A stretch of 64,000 nt of DNA from an uncultured Acidimicrobiia bacterium (GCA_963731815.1 CAVSWW010000011.1:741603-805602); one strand, 5' to 3'. Positions 42,138 through 55,108 are shown, counted from the first letter of the stretch. The notes: generated by a model from the sequence alone, not told the origin. Numbers and translations are program-made.

Positions 42138-42788
42138 ATGCAAACGAGGATGCGAGTGGGTGATGTGGTCGGCGTGGTGCTCGGCGCCGGATCGTCGAAG
42201 CGCTTCGGACGCGCCAAGCAGACGCTGCCCTTCGGTGACACCACATTGCTGGCTCACGTCGTCCGCGACGTCGAGGCATCGGCGCTCGATCGAGTGGTCG
42301 TGGTGCTCGGTGGCTCCGCCGAGGCGACCGCGGCGTCGCTCGAGCCCACGCGGGCCGACGTCGCTCTCAACACCGCCTACGAATCGGGCTGCGCCGCGTC
42401 GTTGCTCGCCGGACTGGACGCCGCAGGCGACTGCGCGGCGATCATGCTGCTCCTCGGCGACATGCCCGGCGTGGACGCGGCCGTCATCGACCCGATGCTC
42501 GCGACCTGGCGCACCGAGCCGACGTGGGCCGCAGTCACCGCCTACGACGACGGCATCGGCCACCCATTCGTGTTCTCGGCCGACGCGTTTCCCACGCTGC
42601 GCTCGCTCCACGGTGACAAGGCGGTGTGGAAGATCGTCGACCACGCGCCCGTCGAGCAGGTCGCGCGCATCCCGGTGGACGGCTCCGTGCCCCTCGACGT
42701 CGACACGCCGAGCGACTACCTCCGCGTGTGCGAGACGTTCGGCTTTTCGCCCGCGGGCCCCTGGGCAGACCCACCGGAGCCCGAGTAA
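42138..42788 (+). CDS. mocA: Molybdenum cofactor cytidylyltransferase-like nucleotidyltransferase
   Basis: LGAGSSKRFG..KQ, LGDMP, GHP, DVDT..DY; upstream of coxMSL. Confidence 0.78.
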   Translation: MQTRMRVGDVVGVVLGAGSSKRFGRAKQTLPFGDTTLLAHVVRDVEASALDRVVVVLGGSAEATAASLEPTRADVALNTAYESGCAASLLAGLDAAGDCAAIMLLLGDMPGVDAAVIDPMLATWRTEPTWAAVTAYDDGIGHPFVFSADAFPTLRSLHGDKAVWKIVDHAPVEQVARIPVDGSVPLDVDTPSDYLRVCETFGFSPAGPWADPPEPE

Positions 42789-42829
42789 CGTCGCACCGCA
42801 GCGTTCGTTGAGCGTGAACGGGGGGTTCG

Positions 42830-43693
42830 ATGTTCCCTTCCCGGTTCGACTACGTCGCCGCCACTTCGATCGACGAAGCGGTGGCCGCCAAGGCCGAGGG
42901 CGGCGACGAGACGCGGTTCCTCGCGGGGGGCCAGAGCCTCCTGCCGATGATGAAGACCCGCCTGGCGAACCCGGCCGCGCTGGTCGACATCAACCGGATC
43001 CCCGGCCTCGACGTGCTGGAGCGGTCCAACGGCCATCTCCACGTCGGCGCGCTCGTCCGGCACGCCGACGTCGCGGCGTCCGACCTCACGTTCGGCGCGG
43101 TGGCGTCGGCGGCGCCGTGGATCTCGGATCCGCTCGTGCGCAACCTCGGAACGATGTGTGGGTCGGTCGCCCACTGCGACCCCGAGGGCGACTGGAACTC
43201 GGTCCTGCTCGCGACCGGCGCCGACGTCGTCGCCCGAGGATCAGCTGGTGAGCGCACCATCCCCATCGGCGACTTCGTGGTCGACTTCTTCACCAGCTCG
43301 CTCGCCGACGACGAGATGGTCACCGAGGTCCACATCCCGGTGCCGACCGGCCGGTCCGGCGGCGCGTACCTCAAGCTCGAGCGCAAGGTGGGCGACTACG
43401 CGAGCGTCGCCGTCGCCGCGCACCTCGAGCTCGGGGATGACGGCACCATCACCCGGGCGGGCCTCGCGCTCACCTCGGTCGCGCCGCACAACCTGAAGGT
43501 CGACGGGGCCGAGGCCACGCTCACGGGCCAAGCCCCGAGCGACGAGCTGTTCGCGCAAGCCGGCGACGAGGCCGCCGCCGCGTGCGACCCACGCGCCGAC
43601 GTCCGCGGGTCGGCCGAGTGGAAGCGCCAGGTCGTGCGCGTCTTCACCCGTCGGGCGCTCGCCGCGGCGGCCGAGCAGGCCCGCGCCAGCTGA
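42830..43693 (+). CDS. coxM: CO dehydrogenase medium (FAD) subunit
   Basis: FDY, LAGGQSLLPMMK.R, VRNLGT.CGS, DVRGS.EW. Confidence 0.88.
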   Translation: MFPSRFDYVAATSIDEAVAAKAEGGDETRFLAGGQSLLPMMKTRLANPAALVDINRIPGLDVLERSNGHLHVGALVRHADVAASDLTFGAVASAAPWISDPLVRNLGTMCGSVAHCDPEGDWNSVLLATGADVVARGSAGERTIPIGDFVVDFFTSSLADDEMVTEVHIPVPTGRSGGAYLKLERKVGDYASVAVAAHLELGDDGTITRAGLALTSVAPHNLKVDGAEATLTGQAPSDELFAQAGDEAAAACDPRADVRGSAEWKRQVVRVFTRRALAAAAEQARAS

Positions 43694-43702
43694 GGGGGGA
43701 TC

Positions 43703-44167
43703 GTGGAGATCACCGTCACCGTCAACGGCACCGACCACACGCACGACGTCGAGCCGCGCGTGCTCCTGGCTGACTACATCCGCACCCGCGTCGGGCTCAC
43801 CGGCACCCACATCGGATGCGACACCACCGGCTGCGGCGCGTGCGCCGTCCTCCTCGACGGCACACCGGTGAAGTCGTGCACCGTGCTCGCGGTGCAAGCC
43901 GACGGCCGATCGATCACGACGGTCGAGGGCCTCAAGTCGAACGGCGCGCTGCACACGATCCAGGAGGCGTTCTCGGCCGACCACGGTCTCCAGTGCGGGT
44001 TCTGCACGCCGGGGATGATGCTCGTCGGCGCCGCGCTCATCGAGGAGAACGGCTCGCCGTCCGACGACGACGTGCGGTGGGCGATCTCGGGGAACATCTG
44101 CCGCTGCACCGGCTACATCAACATCGTGAAGGCGATCCAGACTGCGGCCGCGGCGAGCGCGAGCTGA
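43703..44167 (+). CDS. coxS: CO dehydrogenase small (2Fe-2S) subunit
   Basis: GCDTTGCGAC..KSC, QCGFCTPG, NICRCTGY. Confidence 0.9.
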   Translation: MEITVTVNGTDHTHDVEPRVLLADYIRTRVGLTGTHIGCDTTGCGACAVLLDGTPVKSCTVLAVQADGRSITTVEGLKSNGALHTIQEAFSADHGLQCGFCTPGMMLVGAALIEENGSPSDDDVRWAISGNICRCTGYINIVKAIQTAAAASAS

Positions 44168-44182
44168 GGACGGGAGCGCACC

Positions 44183-46546
44183 ATGACCACGCTCAACGAG
44201 CCCACGACGACTCCCGAGATCGGCGGCATCGGTCACAGCGTCCGCCGGCACGAGGACGCGCGCCTCATCGAGGGGCAGGGCAACTTCCTCGACGACATCG
44301 TGCTCCCGAACATGCTGCACATGGCGATCCTGCGTTCCCCGGTCGCGCACGCGCGCCTCAAGAGCATCGACAGCTCCGCGGCCGAGGCGCTCGACGGCGT
44401 GGTCGCCGTCGTGACCGGCGCGCTCATGGCGGAGCACGGACTCGCGTGGATGCCGACGCTGTCGGGCGACACACAGGCCGTCCTCGTGACCGACAAGATC
44501 CGGTACCAGGGGCAGGAGATCGCCGCCGTCGTCGCCACCGACCCGTACGTCGCGCTCGACGCGCTCGAGCTGATCGACGTCGACTACGAGATGCTGCCCG
44601 CCATCACGACGCCGCAGCAGGCGCTCGAGGACGGCGCCGTCGTCATCCGCGACGAGAAGGAGGGTCAGACCGACAACCGCGTCTACGACTGGGAGGCGGG
44701 CGACCAGGCCGCCACCGACGCCGCCTTCGCCAAGGCCGACAAGGTGGTGTCGCTCACGACCCACTACCCGCGTTCGCACCCGGCGCCGCTCGAGACGTGT
44801 GGCGTGCTGGCCGACGTCAACTCGGTCACCGGCCAGGCAACCATCTACCTCACGTCGCAGGCCCCGCACGTGCACCGCACGCTCTTCGCGATGGTGGCCG
44901 GTCTGCCCGAGCAGAACCTCCGCATCATCAGCCCCGACCTCGGGGGTGGCTTCGGCAACAAGGTGCCGATCTACCCCGGCTACGTGGTGGCGACCGCCGC
45001 GTCGCTCCTGCTCCAACGGCCGGTGAAGTGGATCGAGACCCGCAGCGAGAACCTCATCTCCACCGGCTTCGCCCGCGACTACCACATGACGGGCGAGCTC
45101 GCGCTCACCAACGAAGGCAAGATCCTCGCGCTGCGCGTCGAGATGCTCTCCGACCAGGGGGCCTTCTTCGCCGACGCCCAGCCGACGAAGTTCAAGGCCG
45201 GGCTCTTCCACGTCGTCACCGGCAGCTACGACTACCCCGCGGCGCACATCAAGTGCGCCGGCGCGTACACCAACAAGGCACCCGGGGGCGTTGCGTACCG
45301 CTGCTCCTTCCGCATCACCGAGGCGTCGTTCCTGATCGAGCGGCTCGTGCAGACCGCGGCCTACGACCTCGGCATCGACCCCGCCGAGATGCGTTTCAAG
45401 AACTTCATCCAGCCCGACCAGTTCCCCTACGAGACACCCACCGGCTTCGTCTACGACTCGGGCGACTACCCGACCGCGCTCCGCGCCGCGCTCGACGAGG
45501 TCGGCTACGAGAGCCTGCGCGAGGAGCAGGCCAAGGCGCGCGCCGAGGGGCGCCTCATCGGGATCGGGATCGCGCACTTCACCGAGGCCGTCGGCGCGGG
45601 CCCGTCAAAGACCTACGACATCGCCAACCTCAAGATGATCGACTCGGCCGAGCTGCGCGTGCACCCGACCGGCAAGGCGATCCTCAAGCTCGGGGTCAAG
45701 AGCCAGGGACAAGGGCACGAGACGACGTTCGCCCAGATCGTCGCCGACGAGCTCGGCATCCCCGCGACCGACGTCAAGGTGGTGGAAGGCGACACCGACA
45801 ACACGCCCTACGGCCTCGGTACCTACGCCTCGCGTTCCACGCCGGTGGGCGGTGCGGCGACGGCGATGGTGTCGCGCAAGATCGCCGACAAGGCGAAGCT
45901 CATCGCCGGCCACCTGCTCGAGGCGGCCGCGGAAGACATCGAGATCGACAACGGCAAGCTCTTCGTGCGGGGCACGCCGTCGCAGTCGGTGACCATCCAG
46001 GACGTCGCGCTGGCCGCGTACTCGAACCTCCCCGACGACATGGAGTACGGGCTCGAGGACGTGCACTACTACGACCCGCCGAACCTCACGTACCCGTACG
46101 GCAGCTACATCGTCGTCGTCGAGGTCGACGCCGAGACCGGCCAGTGGCACGTGCAGCGGATGGTGGCGCTCGACGACTGCGGCGTGCGCATCAACCCGAT
46201 GATCGTCGACGGCCAGATCCAGGGCGGGCTCACCGAGGGGTTCGCCATGTCGTCGATGCAGTGGATCACGTTCGATCCCGAGGGCAACTGCATCGGGTCG
46301 AACTTCACCGACTACCTGATCCCGACCGCCTGGGAGACGCCCCGCTTCGAGCTGCTCGCGATGTGCACGCCGTCCCCGCACCACCCGATCGGCGCCAAGG
46401 GCATCGGCGAGTCGGCCACTGTCGGGTCGCCGGCCGCGTTCGTCAACGCCGTCATCGATGCGGTCGCGCACCTCGGCGTGCGCAACATCGACATGCCGTT
46501 GCTGCCCGACCGGGTGTGGTCGGCGATCAGCGAGGCCAAGACCTGA
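44183..46546 (+). CDS. coxL: Aerobic CO dehydrogenase large subunit, form I
   Basis: Active-site AYRCSFR (form I AYxCSFR), GGGFGNKVP, QGQGHETT, GAKGIGES; M-S-L order. Confidence 0.93.
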   Translation: MTTLNEPTTTPEIGGIGHSVRRHEDARLIEGQGNFLDDIVLPNMLHMAILRSPVAHARLKSIDSSAAEALDGVVAVVTGALMAEHGLAWMPTLSGDTQAVLVTDKIRYQGQEIAAVVATDPYVALDALELIDVDYEMLPAITTPQQALEDGAVVIRDEKEGQTDNRVYDWEAGDQAATDAAFAKADKVVSLTTHYPRSHPAPLETCGVLADVNSVTGQATIYLTSQAPHVHRTLFAMVAGLPEQNLRIISPDLGGGFGNKVPIYPGYVVATAASLLLQRPVKWIETRSENLISTGFARDYHMTGELALTNEGKILALRVEMLSDQGAFFADAQPTKFKAGLFHVVTGSYDYPAAHIKCAGAYTNKAPGGVAYRCSFRITEASFLIERLVQTAAYDLGIDPAEMRFKNFIQPDQFPYETPTGFVYDSGDYPTALRAALDEVGYESLREEQAKARAEGRLIGIGIAHFTEAVGAGPSKTYDIANLKMIDSAELRVHPTGKAILKLGVKSQGQGHETTFAQIVADELGIPATDVKVVEGDTDNTPYGLGTYASRSTPVGGAATAMVSRKIADKAKLIAGHLLEAAAEDIEIDNGKLFVRGTPSQSVTIQDVALAAYSNLPDDMEYGLEDVHYYDPPNLTYPYGSYIVVVEVDAETGQWHVQRMVALDDCGVRINPMIVDGQIQGGLTEGFAMSSMQWITFDPEGNCIGSNFTDYLIPTAWETPRFELLAMCTPSPHHPIGAKGIGESATVGSPAAFVNAVIDAVAHLGVRNIDMPLLPDRVWSAISEAKT

Positions 46547-46547
46547 G

Positions 46548-47487
46548 ATGACCCTCGGCGTCCTCGCCCGCGCCCTCGAGCTGGCGAGTGCCCGCGAGCC
46601 GTTCTCCCTCGCGACCGTGGTGTGGCGCCGAGCACCGTCGTCGGGACAGCTCGGATCCAAGGCGCTGATCCGGGCCGACGGTACGGTCGAGGGGTGGCTG
46701 GGCGGCGCGTGCGCCGAGCCCACGGTGGTGCGCGAGGCGCAGGCCGCGATGACCGACGGCCGACCGCGGCTGCTGTTCCTCGGCCGGCCCGACGAGCTCG
46801 ACCGCCGAGCCGAGGCGGGCATGGTCACCGTGCCGATGGCCTGTGAGAGCGAAGGCGCGCTGGAGGTGTACGTGGAACCCGTCCTGCCCCCGCCCCAGGT
46901 GGTGGCGATCGGTCGCTCACCGGCGGTGTTCGCCCTCGCCTCGCTCGCGCGCGCTCGAGTGGGACGTGGCGGTCATCGACGACGGGGGCACACCGGACGC
47001 GCATCCGCACCCCGAACTCGTGCGCACCACCCTCGACCTGACCGGCCTCGGCATCGGCGCGAGCACCGCCGTCGTGGTCGCGACCCAGGGGCACTACGAC
47101 GATCTCGCGCTCGAGGCGGCGCTCGCCACCGACGCCGGCTACATCGGCCTGGTCGCGGCCGAGAAGCGCGCGGCCACCACGCTCGAGCTGCTGCGGACCC
47201 GGGGCATCGACGACGAGCAGCTGCTGCGGGTGACGGCACCCGCCGGACTCGACCTGGGGCACGTCGACAACCCCGAGATCGCGGTCGCGGTGCTCGCCGA
47301 GCTCGTCGCGTGGCGGGCGACCGGACGGCTCACGGCGGTGCCGGCACCGCCCGAACGCGACGACGCGATCGATCCCGTCTGCGGCATGACCGTCACCATC
47401 GCGGGAGCGAAGTACCGCCTCAGCCGCGAAGGCACCGACTACTACTTCTGCTCCCCGGGCTGCCTGGAGACGTTCCGCGCACGTTGA
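46548..47487 (+). CDS. XdhC/CoxF-family accessory protein with C-terminal YHS domain; one frameshift near 46950
   Basis: GWLGGACAE, CESEG, VVATQGHYD, YIGLV, PAGLDLG..EIAV; DPVCGM...YYFCSPGC. Confidence 0.82.
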
Positions 47488-47509
47488 CGCCGTCGAGAGG
47501 AGCACGACC

Positions 47510-47764
47510 ATGGCCGAGCAGCTCGTGGGGAGCGTGACCCACTACTTCGCCCAGCCGGCGGTCGGCGTCGTCGCCATCACCGAAGGAGCCGTCCAGGTCG
47601 GCGACACCATTCACGTCGTCGGTGCCCACTCCGACTTCACGATGAAGGTCGCATCGATGGAGATCGACCATGCCGTGGTCGAGTCGGCCGGCGTCGGGGC
47701 GTCGGTGGGCATCAAGATGACCGAACGGGCGCGCGAGCACGACCGCGTCTTCGTCGTCACGTAG
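47510..47764 (+). CDS. Small EF-Tu domain II-like / U32 C-terminal-like beta-barrel protein
   Basis: VG.VTHYF...GV, VGDTI, SMEI, VGIK...R..D.V; GAGGAG RBS. Confidence 0.75.
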   Translation: MAEQLVGSVTHYFAQPAVGVVAITEGAVQVGDTIHVVGAHSDFTMKVASMEIDHAVVESAGVGASVGIKMTERAREHDRVFVVT

Positions 47765-47770
47765 CGGCAC

Positions 47771-50755
47771 TCACTCCTCGAGCGGCGCGAACCCCTGGCG
47801 GACGACGTTCTCCGACACGACGCGGGGTTCGGTGAACTGCTCGAGGTAGTCGGGGCCGCCGGCCTTCGAGCCGACGCCCGAGAGGCCGAGCCCGCCGAAC
47901 GGGTGCCGGCCCACCCGCGCGCCGGTGATGGCCCGGTTCACGTAGAGGTTGCCGACGCGAAGGTGCTCGATGGCGCGACGGATCCGCGTCGGTGAGCGCG
48001 AGAACACGCCGCCAGTGAGCGCGTAGTCGCTCGCGTTGGCGAGGGCGAGCGCGTGGTCGAAGTCGTCGGCCCGCAGGCACGTGAGCACCGGGCCGAAGAT
48101 CTCCTCGGTCGCGAGCCGGCCTTCGGGACGGTCGGTGACGACGACGGTCGGGCCCGCGAACCAACCGCGCGCCGGGAGATCGTCACGCTGGAGCAGCACA
48201 TTGCCCTCCTCGCCCGCCGTTGCCTGCGCGTCGCGCACGCGTGCGAGCGCGGCCTCGTCGATCAGCGGTCCGACGACCGTGCGCAGCTCCCGGGCCGGGC
48301 CGATCGGCACGACGCTCGCCGCACCGACGACCCGTTCGACGAGCTGGTCGAACGCGGGCCCGATGCCGATCACCCGCGAGGCGGCCGAGCACTTCTGGCC
48401 GGCGTAGGAGAACGCGCTGTGCACGATCCCGGGCACCGCGACGTCGAGATCGGCGTCGGTGTCGACGACGATCGCGTTCTTGCCGCCCATCTCGGCGACG
48501 ACGCGCTTGACCTGTCGTTGCCCGTCGCGGTGGCGGGCCGCCTCCCGCACGATGTCGAGCCCCACCGCCTTCGAGCCGGTGAAGGCAACGAACGACACCG
48601 CAGGATGAGCGACGAGCGAGGCGCCCACCTCCTCGCCGATGCCGGGGACGAACGCGAGCATCTCGGCGGGCGTGCCGGCCTCGAGCAGCACGTCGACGAG
48701 CCGGGCACCGACGCCCGGCGTCTGCTCGGCCGGCTTGAAGAGCACCGCGTTCCCGGTGACCAGTGCCGCGCTCACCATCCCGGTCGGGATCGCCAGCGGG
48801 AAGTTCCACGGTGCGATCACCGCGCCGACGCCGCGGGGCTCGTAGCGGTAGGCGTTGACCTCTCCGGGTGCCTGGCGCACGGGCGCGCCGGCCGCGAGCT
48901 CGAGCGCGGCGTGGCCGTAGTACTCGCAGAAGTCGATGGCCTCGCACACGTCGGCGTCGGCCTCCGGGACGGGCTTGCCGGCCTCGAAGACGACCAGTGC
49001 CGCGAGCGCGTCCCGGTCGCGGCGCATGATCGCAGCGGCGCGGAACAGCACCGCGGCGCGCTCGTGCCATGGCGTGGCCCGCCACGTGGCAAGCCCGCGG
49101 GTGGCGAGCTCGATCGCTGCGTCCACGTCGCCGGGGCTCGCGAGGCCGCTGCGGCACACGACGGTCGACGGGTCGCTCGGGTCGCGCGAGGTCAGCTCGG
49201 CCGTGCTGGCGCGCGGCTCGCCACCGAGGCGGACCGGCGCGGTGAAGCCCAGGTCGCGCTCGCCGCGCGCCACCGCGGCGGCGAGACGCGCCCGCGGTCC
49301 CGGCCGGCGCAGCTCGGCGACCGGTTCGTTCGCGAACGCGCCGGGCGCGGCGGCGTTGGTCGCGGGCCGGGGTGGTGGATCGCCGGCGGGCTCGGGCAGC
49401 GCGTCGTCGTCGACCGTTGGTGGCCGCACGAGCTCGTCGAGATCGGCGCCTTCGGCGAAGCGGCGGCGCACGAAGCTCTCGTTCGAGGTGTTCTCGAGGA
49501 GACGCCGGACGAGGTAGGCCATTCCCGGCACGAGCTCGCCCACCGGCGTGTACACGCGCACGCGCGCGCCCATGGCGGCGAGCGCGGCGTGCACCGGCTC
49601 GGCCATGCCGTAGAGCAGCTGGAGCTCGACCGCGGTGTCGTCGAGCCCATGCGTGCGAGCTGTCACGAGCCCGTAGGCGAGGCTGCGCAGGTTGTGGCTC
49701 GCGAAGGCGGGCCGGATCGTGCCTGCCGCGTCCACCATCGTCCGCACGCAGCGCTCGAAGCTCGCGTCGGTCTCGGCCTTGTCGGTGAACACCGGCGACG
49801 GCCAGCCCTCGGCCTGGCTCACGAGCGTCTCGGCGTCCCAGTAGGCACCCTTCACCAGCCGGATGCGCAGCGGCGTCCGCAGCTCGGTGCGTGACCAGTC
49901 GATGAGGTCGCGCAGATCCACGTGCGCGTCGCGACGGTAGGCCTGCACCACGCAGCCGAGCTGCACGTCGGGGAAGCGAGCCCCGAGCGTTCGCAGCAAC
50001 GCGAACGTCACGTCCTTGGTGTCGTCGTGCTCGGTGTCGAGGGTGACCGCCACGCCTGCTTCGCGGGCGCGGCGCAGCACCGGCTCGAGGCGCGCGCACG
50101 CAGCTGCGATGCCTTCTTCCGCGGTGAGCGGGGCAAAGAGCGGCGACAGCGCGGAGGGCTTCACCGAGATGTCGGCGCGCGGCAAGGTGCCCCACGGGTC
50201 CTGCTCGAGGTGAGACCGAGCCGGCCACGTGGTGCTCGCCGTCACCAGCGCGTCGAGCAGCTCGGCGACGCGCTGCGCGTAGCGATCGGCCTCGACGTCG
50301 GTGAGCGTGTGCTCGCCGAGCAGGTCGACGGAGCTCGCCTCGCCCTGGCGCCAGAGCCGGGCGAGGCGGGGGAGCGCCGCGGCCGGCGTCTCACCCGCGA
50401 TGAACTGGCGGGCCATGCGGCGGATGTTGCGCCGGACCACGGCGGCCGTGACCTGGGTGCCGAAGGGGAGGTGCTCCGCGAGGTCGACGCCCAGGTCGAA
50501 GGCGCGTGGCACCGCGACGCGCTCGAAGTACTCGTCGACGTGGCGCAGCACGTCGGCATCGTCCGTGCACGCCGGGAACACGTCGACGAGCCGGAACAGC
50601 TGGGTCTTGAAGTCGGCGTGGGCGAGCGCCCAGTCGAGCATGCGCTCGCTCCATCCGCCGAGGCGGAACACGTGCGCGTGCTCTCCGCGGCCGGCCTCGG
50701 CGATGCGGCGTGCCAGCGCCTGCACCGTCGCCTCGTTGACGAGGTCTCGCGACAT
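47771..50755 (-). CDS. putA: Bifunctional proline dehydrogenase / P5C dehydrogenase (short PutA)
   Basis: RLVKGAYWD, ASHN, QLLYGM, AYLVRRLLEN; PWNFP, EMGGKNA, GQKCSA, EEIFGP. Confidence 0.92.
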   Translation of the reverse strand: MSRDLVNEATVQALARRIAEAGRGEHAHVFRLGGWSERMLDWALAHADFKTQLFRLVDVFPACTDDADVLRHVDEYFERVAVPRAFDLGVDLAEHLPFGTQVTAAVVRRNIRRMARQFIAGETPAAALPRLARLWRQGEASSVDLLGEHTLTDVEADRYAQRVAELLDALVTASTTWPARSHLEQDPWGTLPRADISVKPSALSPLFAPLTAEEGIAAACARLEPVLRRAREAGVAVTLDTEHDDTKDVTFALLRTLGARFPDVQLGCVVQAYRRDAHVDLRDLIDWSRTELRTPLRIRLVKGAYWDAETLVSQAEGWPSPVFTDKAETDASFERCVRTMVDAAGTIRPAFASHNLRSLAYGLVTARTHGLDDTAVELQLLYGMAEPVHAALAAMGARVRVYTPVGELVPGMAYLVRRLLENTSNESFVRRRFAEGADLDELVRPPTVDDDALPEPAGDPPPRPATNAAAPGAFANEPVAELRRPGPRARLAAAVARGERDLGFTAPVRLGGEPRASTAELTSRDPSDPSTVVCRSGLASPGDVDAAIELATRGLATWRATPWHERAAVLFRAAAIMRRDRDALAALVVFEAGKPVPEADADVCEAIDFCEYYGHAALELAAGAPVRQAPGEVNAYRYEPRGVGAVIAPWNFPLAIPTGMVSAALVTGNAVLFKPAEQTPGVGARLVDVLLEAGTPAEMLAFVPGIGEEVGASLVAHPAVSFVAFTGSKAVGLDIVREAARHRDGQRQVKRVVAEMGGKNAIVVDTDADLDVAVPGIVHSAFSYAGQKCSAASRVIGIGPAFDQLVERVVGAASVVPIGPARELRTVVGPLIDEAALARVRDAQATAGEEGNVLLQRDDLPARGWFAGPTVVVTDRPEGRLATEEIFGPVLTCLRADDFDHALALANASDYALTGGVFSRSPTRIRRAIEHLRVGNLYVNRAITGARVGRHPFGGLGLSGVGSKAGGPDYLEQFTEPRVVSENVVRQGFAPLEE

Positions 50756-50820
50756 CACGCCTCCACGACCATCCTCGTCGACCCGTAGACCCGAGCCCAC
50801 GTTGTCCTTACACTCGACCT

Positions 50821-53485
<2,665 letters not shown>

Positions 53486-53487
53486 TC

Positions 53488-53518
53488 GAGTTCGATCGCG
53501 GAGCGCGCGATCGAACTC
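53488..53518 (+). terminator. 13-bp hairpin after katG
   Basis: GAGTTCGATCGCG-gagcg-CGCGATCGAACTC, 2 nt after the stop. Confidence 0.65.
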
Positions 53519-53584
53519 ATTGCGTGACCGATTACGACGGCGCGTCGGTCGTTCTCCGAACACATGTTCATGGCGTCCGAAGAA

Positions 53585-53618
53585 TTAGTTGACACTAACG
53601 TAAGTGGACGCTTACAGT
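53585..53618 (+). promoter_or_regulatory. sigma70 promoter with two tandem inverted repeats (likely ArsR operators)
   Basis: TTGACA 53589-94, 18 nt, TACAGT 53613-18; TTAGT-N4-ACTAA and GTAAG-N6-CTTAC. Confidence 0.65.
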
Positions 53619-53625
53619 AGGGCGT

Positions 53626-53961
53626 GTGGACGCCGCCCTCAAAGCACTGGCCGAGCCCCGCCGCCGGGAGATCGTGCGGCTGGTGTGGTCCGACGAGCTC
53701 CCGGCGACGGCGATCGCCGACCACTTCGGCGACGTCACGCGCTCGGCGATCTCGCAGCACCTCGGTGTGCTCAAGGGGGCGGGGCTCGTGAGCGAGCGAC
53801 GCGACGGCACCCGGCGCCTGTACCAGGCGCGCCAGGACGAGATGCGCAAGCTCCGCGACTTCCTCGATGACTACTGGACCAGCGGCCTCGAACGGCTGCG
53901 CGACGCGGCCGAGGCCGCACAACAAGAGAAGGAGGCCTACGATGGCCGAGCTCGTCCGTGA
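53626..53961 (+). CDS. ArsR/SmtB family regulator
   Basis: ALAEPRRREI, SAISQHLGVLKGAGLV, GTRRLY. Confidence 0.9.
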   Translation: MDAALKALAEPRRREIVRLVWSDELPATAIADHFGDVTRSAISQHLGVLKGAGLVSERRDGTRRLYQARQDEMRKLRDFLDDYWTSGLERLRDAAEAAQQEKEAYDGRARP

Positions 53962-54382
53962 GATCGTGATCGACGCCACCCCCGAGACCATCTGGCCGTT
54001 CCTGACGGACAAGACCAAGCACGTCGAGTGGCTGGGCACCGTCGCCGACATCGACCCCCGGCCCGGCGGCACCTACCGCGTGCTCGTCCAGGGTGTGCAC
54101 CAGTCCGTCGGCGAGTACGTCGAGGTGGTGCCGCAGGAGAAGGTGGTCTTCACGTTCGGCTGGGACGAGAAGGACCACCCGATCCCTCCGGGCTCCACGA
54201 CGGTCGAGATCTCGCTGCATCCCGAAGGGGAGAAGACGCGCGTGCGCCTCACGCACCGCGGCCTGCCGGCCGACGCGGTCGACGAGCACGGCGGTGGTTG
54301 GCAGCACTACCTCGACCGTCTCGCCGTCGCGACGACCGGCGGCGATGCCGGTCCCGATGTCCCGACCGGCGGCGCGAGCTGA
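53942..54382 (+). CDS. SRPBCC/AHSA1 domain protein
   Basis: IDATPETIW, PGG.Y, FTFGW, GWQHYLDRL; AAGGAGG RBS. Confidence 0.85.
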   Translation: MAELVREIVIDATPETIWPFLTDKTKHVEWLGTVADIDPRPGGTYRVLVQGVHQSVGEYVEVVPQEKVVFTFGWDEKDHPIPPGSTTVEISLHPEGEKTRVRLTHRGLPADAVDEHGGGWQHYLDRLAVATTGGDAGPDVPTGGAS

Positions 54383-54436
54383 CCCTGGTTTCGTCGAACC
54401 CGCCTGGGTAGAACGAACGAGAGAGAGGAGCCCACC

Positions 54437-55108
54437 ATGGACACACCCCCGATCGTCTCCGCGAAGGAATGGGACGCCGCGCGCGACCAGCTGCTGGTGA
54501 AGGAGAAGGAGCTGACCCGCGCCCGCGACGCTCTGGCCGCACAGCGCCGGCGGATGCCCTGGCTTGCCGTCGACAAGGAGTACAAGTTCGACGGGCCCGC
54601 GGGCGCGGCGAGCCTGCTCGATCTGTTCGACGGCCGGCGCCAGCTGATCGTGTACCGCGCGTTCTTCGAGCCCGGTGTGCACGGCTGGCCCGACCACGCC
54701 TGTCCCGGCTGCTCGATGGTGGCCGACCAGGTCGCCCACGTCGCGCACCTGAACGCCCGTGACACGACCCTCGTGTTCGCCTCGCGCGGGTCGCAGGCCG
54801 ACATCGAGCGCCTGAAGGCGCGGATGGGCTGGGAGATGCCCTGGTTCACGATCACGGACGACTTCGACGCCGACTTCGGCGTCGACGAGTGGCACGGCAC
54901 GAACGCGTTCATCCGTGACGGCGACCAGATCTTCCGCACCTACTTCATCGACGCCCGCGGCGACGAGGCGATGGGGAGCACCTGGAGCTACCTCGACATC
55001 ACCGCGCTCGGGCGCCAGGAGGAGTGGGAGGACTCGCCGAAGGGCTACCCCCAGACGCCGCCGTACGAGTGGTGGAACTGGCACGACTCCTACGGTGACG
55101 CCGCGTGA
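54437..55108 (+). CDS. DUF899 thioredoxin-like protein
   Basis: LL.KEKELTR.RD.LAA.RRRMPW, DLFDGRRQLI, CPGCS, MGW..PW, LD.T.LGRQE. Confidence 0.88.
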   Translation: MDTPPIVSAKEWDAARDQLLVKEKELTRARDALAAQRRRMPWLAVDKEYKFDGPAGAASLLDLFDGRRQLIVYRAFFEPGVHGWPDHACPGCSMVADQVAHVAHLNARDTTLVFASRGSQADIERLKARMGWEMPWFTITDDFDADFGVDEWHGTNAFIRDGDQIFRTYFIDARGDEAMGSTWSYLDITALGRQEEWEDSPKGYPQTPPYEWWNWHDSYGDAA

